Positions 60,350 through 64,000 of a stretch of 64,000 nucleotides of DNA are shown here, one piece after another. The stretch spans positions 209,708-273,707 of the forward strand of contig BCKQ01000004.1 of the NCBI GenBank assembly GCA_001600695.1, given 5' to 3'. The translations under genes and the position numbers were made by a program. The stretch comes from Ascoidea asiatica JCM 7603. Lineage: Eukaryota > Fungi > Ascomycota. Each line of letters opens with the position of its first letter. Positions within the stretch are counted from its first letter, which is position 1. The notes under the pieces were generated by a model. That model searched no databases and was not told the origin of the DNA. It saw nothing but the letters and a program-made list of their open reading frames with translations.

Positions 60350-62221
60350 TCAAGCCGTTTTATTTTCACCATTTACATAAGATGAAGATTCTTCAGTTTC
60401 ATCACTATTTAAAACAAAATCAACATCAAGATCTCTTGCAATTTTTTCTTCAACATTTTTAATATCTGTAACACCATAAAGACCAATTGCAAAAAGACCT
60501 AAGAAAGCTGCAATACATGAAAATACTAAAGCAACAATACCTCTTGCTGTAAATCCAGAAGGTAAAGGTTTATGTTGTTTATGTTCACCAGTTAAATCTA
60601 AATAATCTTCACTATTTGCAGCTGCATTACCTTCTGTTGGAATTCCAGCAGCTTCACATAAACTTAAATAATTTTCTGTTAATTGTTGACTTTCATTTGC
60701 TTGTAATTGTAATGGAGCTTCAACAATTGTAATTGCCAAACCTTGACTTAAATGCCATTCAATATGACAATGGAAGAACCAAACACCAGGATTATCTGCT
60801 CTAAATCTAACAACAAAATATGATTGTGGTCTAACATAAAGTGTATCTCTTCTCATTGGATATTCTGGCCAATCACCATGATCACTTTCATTATAAGCAA
60901 CAGGTACATCAGAATCTGTAAAATCTTCAGCTCTTTCAAGTACTTGAAATACATGACCATGAAGATGGAATGGATGTTTACCAGTATCTTGATTATTTAA
61001 AACAATTTCAACAACTTCATTATGTTGTAGTACAAAAGCATTAGTATTTGTACCATAAACAAGTGGATTTGTTGCATCATCACCAGCACTCATTGCAGTT
61101 ACTAATGTTGGAACTTTTGGTGCAACATATGTTAAATTATTAAAAAATGCATAATTAACACCATCACCAAGATTATCCATAGCAACATCAACTGTAATTG
61201 AATAATCAGCTTCTTCAAAAAGTTCTTCTTTTGTTAAAGGTTGTAAATAAAAATCATCAAGAAAATCAAGAATATCAGGTACAAAATATTCACTTGGTAA
61301 ATCAGCATCTTCATCATAAACGATATAATTTGTTGAATTTAAAATTAAATCACTTGGTAAAGTATCTAACATATCATCATCAATTTTTTGCATAAAAGCA
61401 TAATTTTTATCAGTTGAATTTTTTGTTGTAATTAAACATGAATAACGTTGAGCAACAGTTATATATAAAATATCAGTTACATTTTTTTCAACATAAATAC
61501 CATCAACAGCAACAACAGTAAATGAATGATCTTCCATATATAAATATTGAGAAACAAAAGCACCAATATTAACAATATGAGCTAAATATGTTTTACCAGG
61601 TTCAACAATCCATGAATTATTTCTTGTGTCATTAAAAAGAGAATTTTGTGGAATTGGTTCAGCACCAGTTGGATTATATCTATTTAAAAAGGCATTATCT
61701 AAAGTTGTTGAATCTTTATGATACCATTCTGCAACAGTTAAAACAATTTCTTCATCATAATCATATGGAAAATCAGGATCATGAATTATAAAAGAACTTC
61801 TCATACCATCACCATATTGACCTTTTGTATGAGAATGATACCAATAAGCACCAACTTGATCAGCAACAGTAAAATTATATAACATTGTTTTACCAGGAAC
61901 TATTGGCATTTGAGTTACCATTTCAGGACCATCCATTTGATTTGAACCATTTTGAAAAAGTCCATGAAAATGTAAAGAAGTATTTTTATCAGGTAAACCA
62001 TTTGTTAAATAAAGGTTAACAGTATCACCTTTATTAACTTGAAGTTTTGGTAATGGCCAAGTATTATTCCAACCAACAACAGTTCTATTAAAAGTACCAT
62101 CTGGATTTGCATCAACATAAGTTACATTATAATACCAAGTATGAGTTGTAGCATTAACATAATTTGAGAAAAAAGTTAATAACAAACATAAAGATATAAA
62201 AGACTTAGATATTGGATTCAT
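60350..62221 (-). CDS. FET3: Multicopper ferroxidase Fet3
   Basis: Signal peptide; Cu motifs HFHG, WYHSH, HPFHLHGH, HCHIEWH; iron-binding GAEP, MLD, NQDTG; C-terminal TM helix GFTARGIVALVFSC. Confidence 0.95.
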   Translation of the reverse strand: MNPISKSFISLCLLLTFFSNYVNATTHTWYYNVTYVDANPDGTFNRTVVGWNNTWPLPKLQVNKGDTVNLYLTNGLPDKNTSLHFHGLFQNGSNQMDGPEMVTQMPIVPGKTMLYNFTVADQVGAYWYHSHTKGQYGDGMRSSFIIHDPDFPYDYDEEIVLTVAEWYHKDSTTLDNAFLNRYNPTGAEPIPQNSLFNDTRNNSWIVEPGKTYLAHIVNIGAFVSQYLYMEDHSFTVVAVDGIYVEKNVTDILYITVAQRYSCLITTKNSTDKNYAFMQKIDDDMLDTLPSDLILNSTNYIVYDEDADLPSEYFVPDILDFLDDFYLQPLTKEELFEEADYSITVDVAMDNLGDGVNYAFFNNLTYVAPKVPTLVTAMSAGDDATNPLVYGTNTNAFVLQHNEVVEIVLNNQDTGKHPFHLHGHVFQVLERAEDFTDSDVPVAYNESDHGDWPEYPMRRDTLYVRPQSYFVVRFRADNPGVWFFHCHIEWHLSQGLAITIVEAPLQLQANESQQLTENYLSLCEAAGIPTEGNAAANSEDYLDLTGEHKQHKPLPSGFTARGIVALVFSCIAAFLGLFAIGLYGVTDIKNVEEKIARDLDVDFVLNSDETEESSSYVNGENKTA

Positions 62222-62946
62222 TTTTTTTTAATTTATTCTTATTTTATTTTTATTATTTCTTATTAAATCTTATTATTAGTTTATTCTTTTAGGGAAAAAA
62301 AAGAAAGTAAATGAAATAAAAGAATATAATAAAGCCAAGATATTCTCTTATTGAGTTAATTGAGCCTAAATTAGCTTAATTAGAAGAAGAATAATAATAA
62401 TAATAAAAAAAAGAAATAATATACACAATTATTATTAGAATATAGGTATATAAAAATATAATAGAATATAATAAAATAAATAATTAAAAAGAGCAAATTA
62501 TTCTTTTTTGAAAATAGAGAAAACCAATTAACTTATATATGAAGAAAAATTAGATATAAAGAAGTGAAAAGGGAGGAAAAAAAATCAAAAAAATCAAAAA
62601 AATCAAAAAATTTACGAAAGAAATGAATGGAAACAAAATACAAAACTAATTATACAGTAGGTAAAAATAATTGATAATTGACAATTGAAGGAATAAAAAG
62701 AATTGAAAGAATCATAAAATGGAGTTAATAGGAACTAACTGATCGAATTGATTGAATTTAAAATAATTAATAAGGAAAAAAACAAAATTTTTGTAAAATT
62801 GTTAGTTAAAAAGTGACTGCATTTAAACGTAATACGGATTAAAAGACTTAAAATGAAAATTGCAGAGAAGAGAGAGAAGTGAGATACAGCAATTATTGGA
62901 AGGTTAAAAGCAGTGAATATGAAAAATGAGACGATTAAAAAGGCTG

Positions 62947-62954
62947 TTTGCTCA
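62947..62954. promoter_or_regulatory. Mac1 copper-response element TTTGCTCA (second, inverted core GAGCAAA at 62491)
   Basis: Exact consensus upstream of FET3. Confidence 0.4.
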
Positions 62955-64000
62955 TTCCAATGAGGTTTCAATTGGTTTATATTCGGTGAAAGGATTATGA
63001 AATATGAGTTTTTATATTGTTTCAGTCCAGTTTCTTTCATTATTTCAATGTATTTCTATCACTTTTTCCTTTATATTTTCAATATTTCAATTTTATTTGA
63101 TATATATTTTTTTTTCTTGTCTTCAGTGAATAGATTCATGAGGATTTTTGGGTGTTTTTGGAATTTGGCAGAAAAGAAAAAAAATCCCGAAAAAAAAAGG
63201 GAATTGATTGAAAAGATAAAAGCAGCAGGCGCGTGCTGTGATTGGCCCAGCGGTGAGGACCCAGAAAACAGATTTTTTGCAACGGCGCTGGGAAAAGTCC
63301 ACGGTGCAGGTAAATGCAGCGCCGCAGCAAACAGGGGGTCTGGCTTGATGATGGTCATGCGCTATACCTTGATATATGCGACTATAATTTATTATTCACG
63401 AGGGCTCTGTGCAGTTAAAATGTGTTTTTAGAGGGGGTTGTCCCCTGTGCAGACAGAACAGTATGCGCTTTCCTCGGAAGATCTCTCCCCAGGAGCCCAG
63501 CCTGCCCAGAATCGCATTTTCCCAAATGATTCACATTCAAGCTTTTGGGCCTGAAGAAATCAGGGCTTTTGGGCCACAAAATGGATTTTTGGCTTCACTT
63601 GAAGCGACAACAATTTCTTACACAAAAGAGTGATTGTATTTCATTTGGTAATAAATGAATAACTGGTAAGTGGCATGACAGTGACAGAAGGGAAAATAAT
63701 AGTGAAAATAGCAGAAAGAGTACAAGTAGAAAACAAAAACACAGAAAATAGACAGTGGACAGTGGACAGTAGAAAATAGAAAAAGGTGTGTCTTTAAACC
63801 CTCTGCAAGCTCGATGTTTTCTTGCAAAAAAAACCCTTATGCTTTAGGCCTTTAAAACCGACGAGCATGCTCAATAATCGTAACTTACCAAGATCATTTA
63901 ATTAGCACCCATTGTCAATTGTCGGTTTTTGCAAAAGAAATAAGAGGGTCTCCAATTTTGATTCCAAAAGATTATCATTGCAACCGTTTTCAACTTTCAC

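Overview
Very AT-rich budding-yeast (Saccharomycotina) nuclear DNA; the species cannot be determined from sequence alone. The window holds 24 recognisable protein genes, mostly housekeeping: RGA1/2 (partial), SHM1, AFI1, NAM7/UPF1, EAF1, CDC40, SPC110, TRP4, CDC12, ACS2, DIA2, MRPS28, ERG11, an OPA3-family gene, a PGA3-like gene, SSK1, MHO1, SUI2, PUP1, CAB4, SDH2, STB2/6, RCF1 and FET3. I saw no tRNA, rRNA, transposon or CRISPR. Four coding introns missed by the ORF track (EAF1, OPA3-like, PUP1, RCF1) and a canonical 5'UTR intron abutting the ACS2 start codon were resolved by hand. Most notable observations: (1) eIF2-alpha carries Thr at the Ser51 stress-phosphorylation site, and the RR after KGYIDLSK is replaced by SN; (2) about 16 same-strand CRCAAA (Ndt80 MSE-like) sites lie upstream of ERG11; (3) a phased CCR-N6-TGGCGTCAA array sits in the DIA2/MRPS28 promoter; (4) GC-rich promoter islands are flanked by AT-rich, low-complexity halos whose G/C skew appears to flip across the island. 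Gene identities come from recalled motifs, and counts were made by eye; no database search was run.
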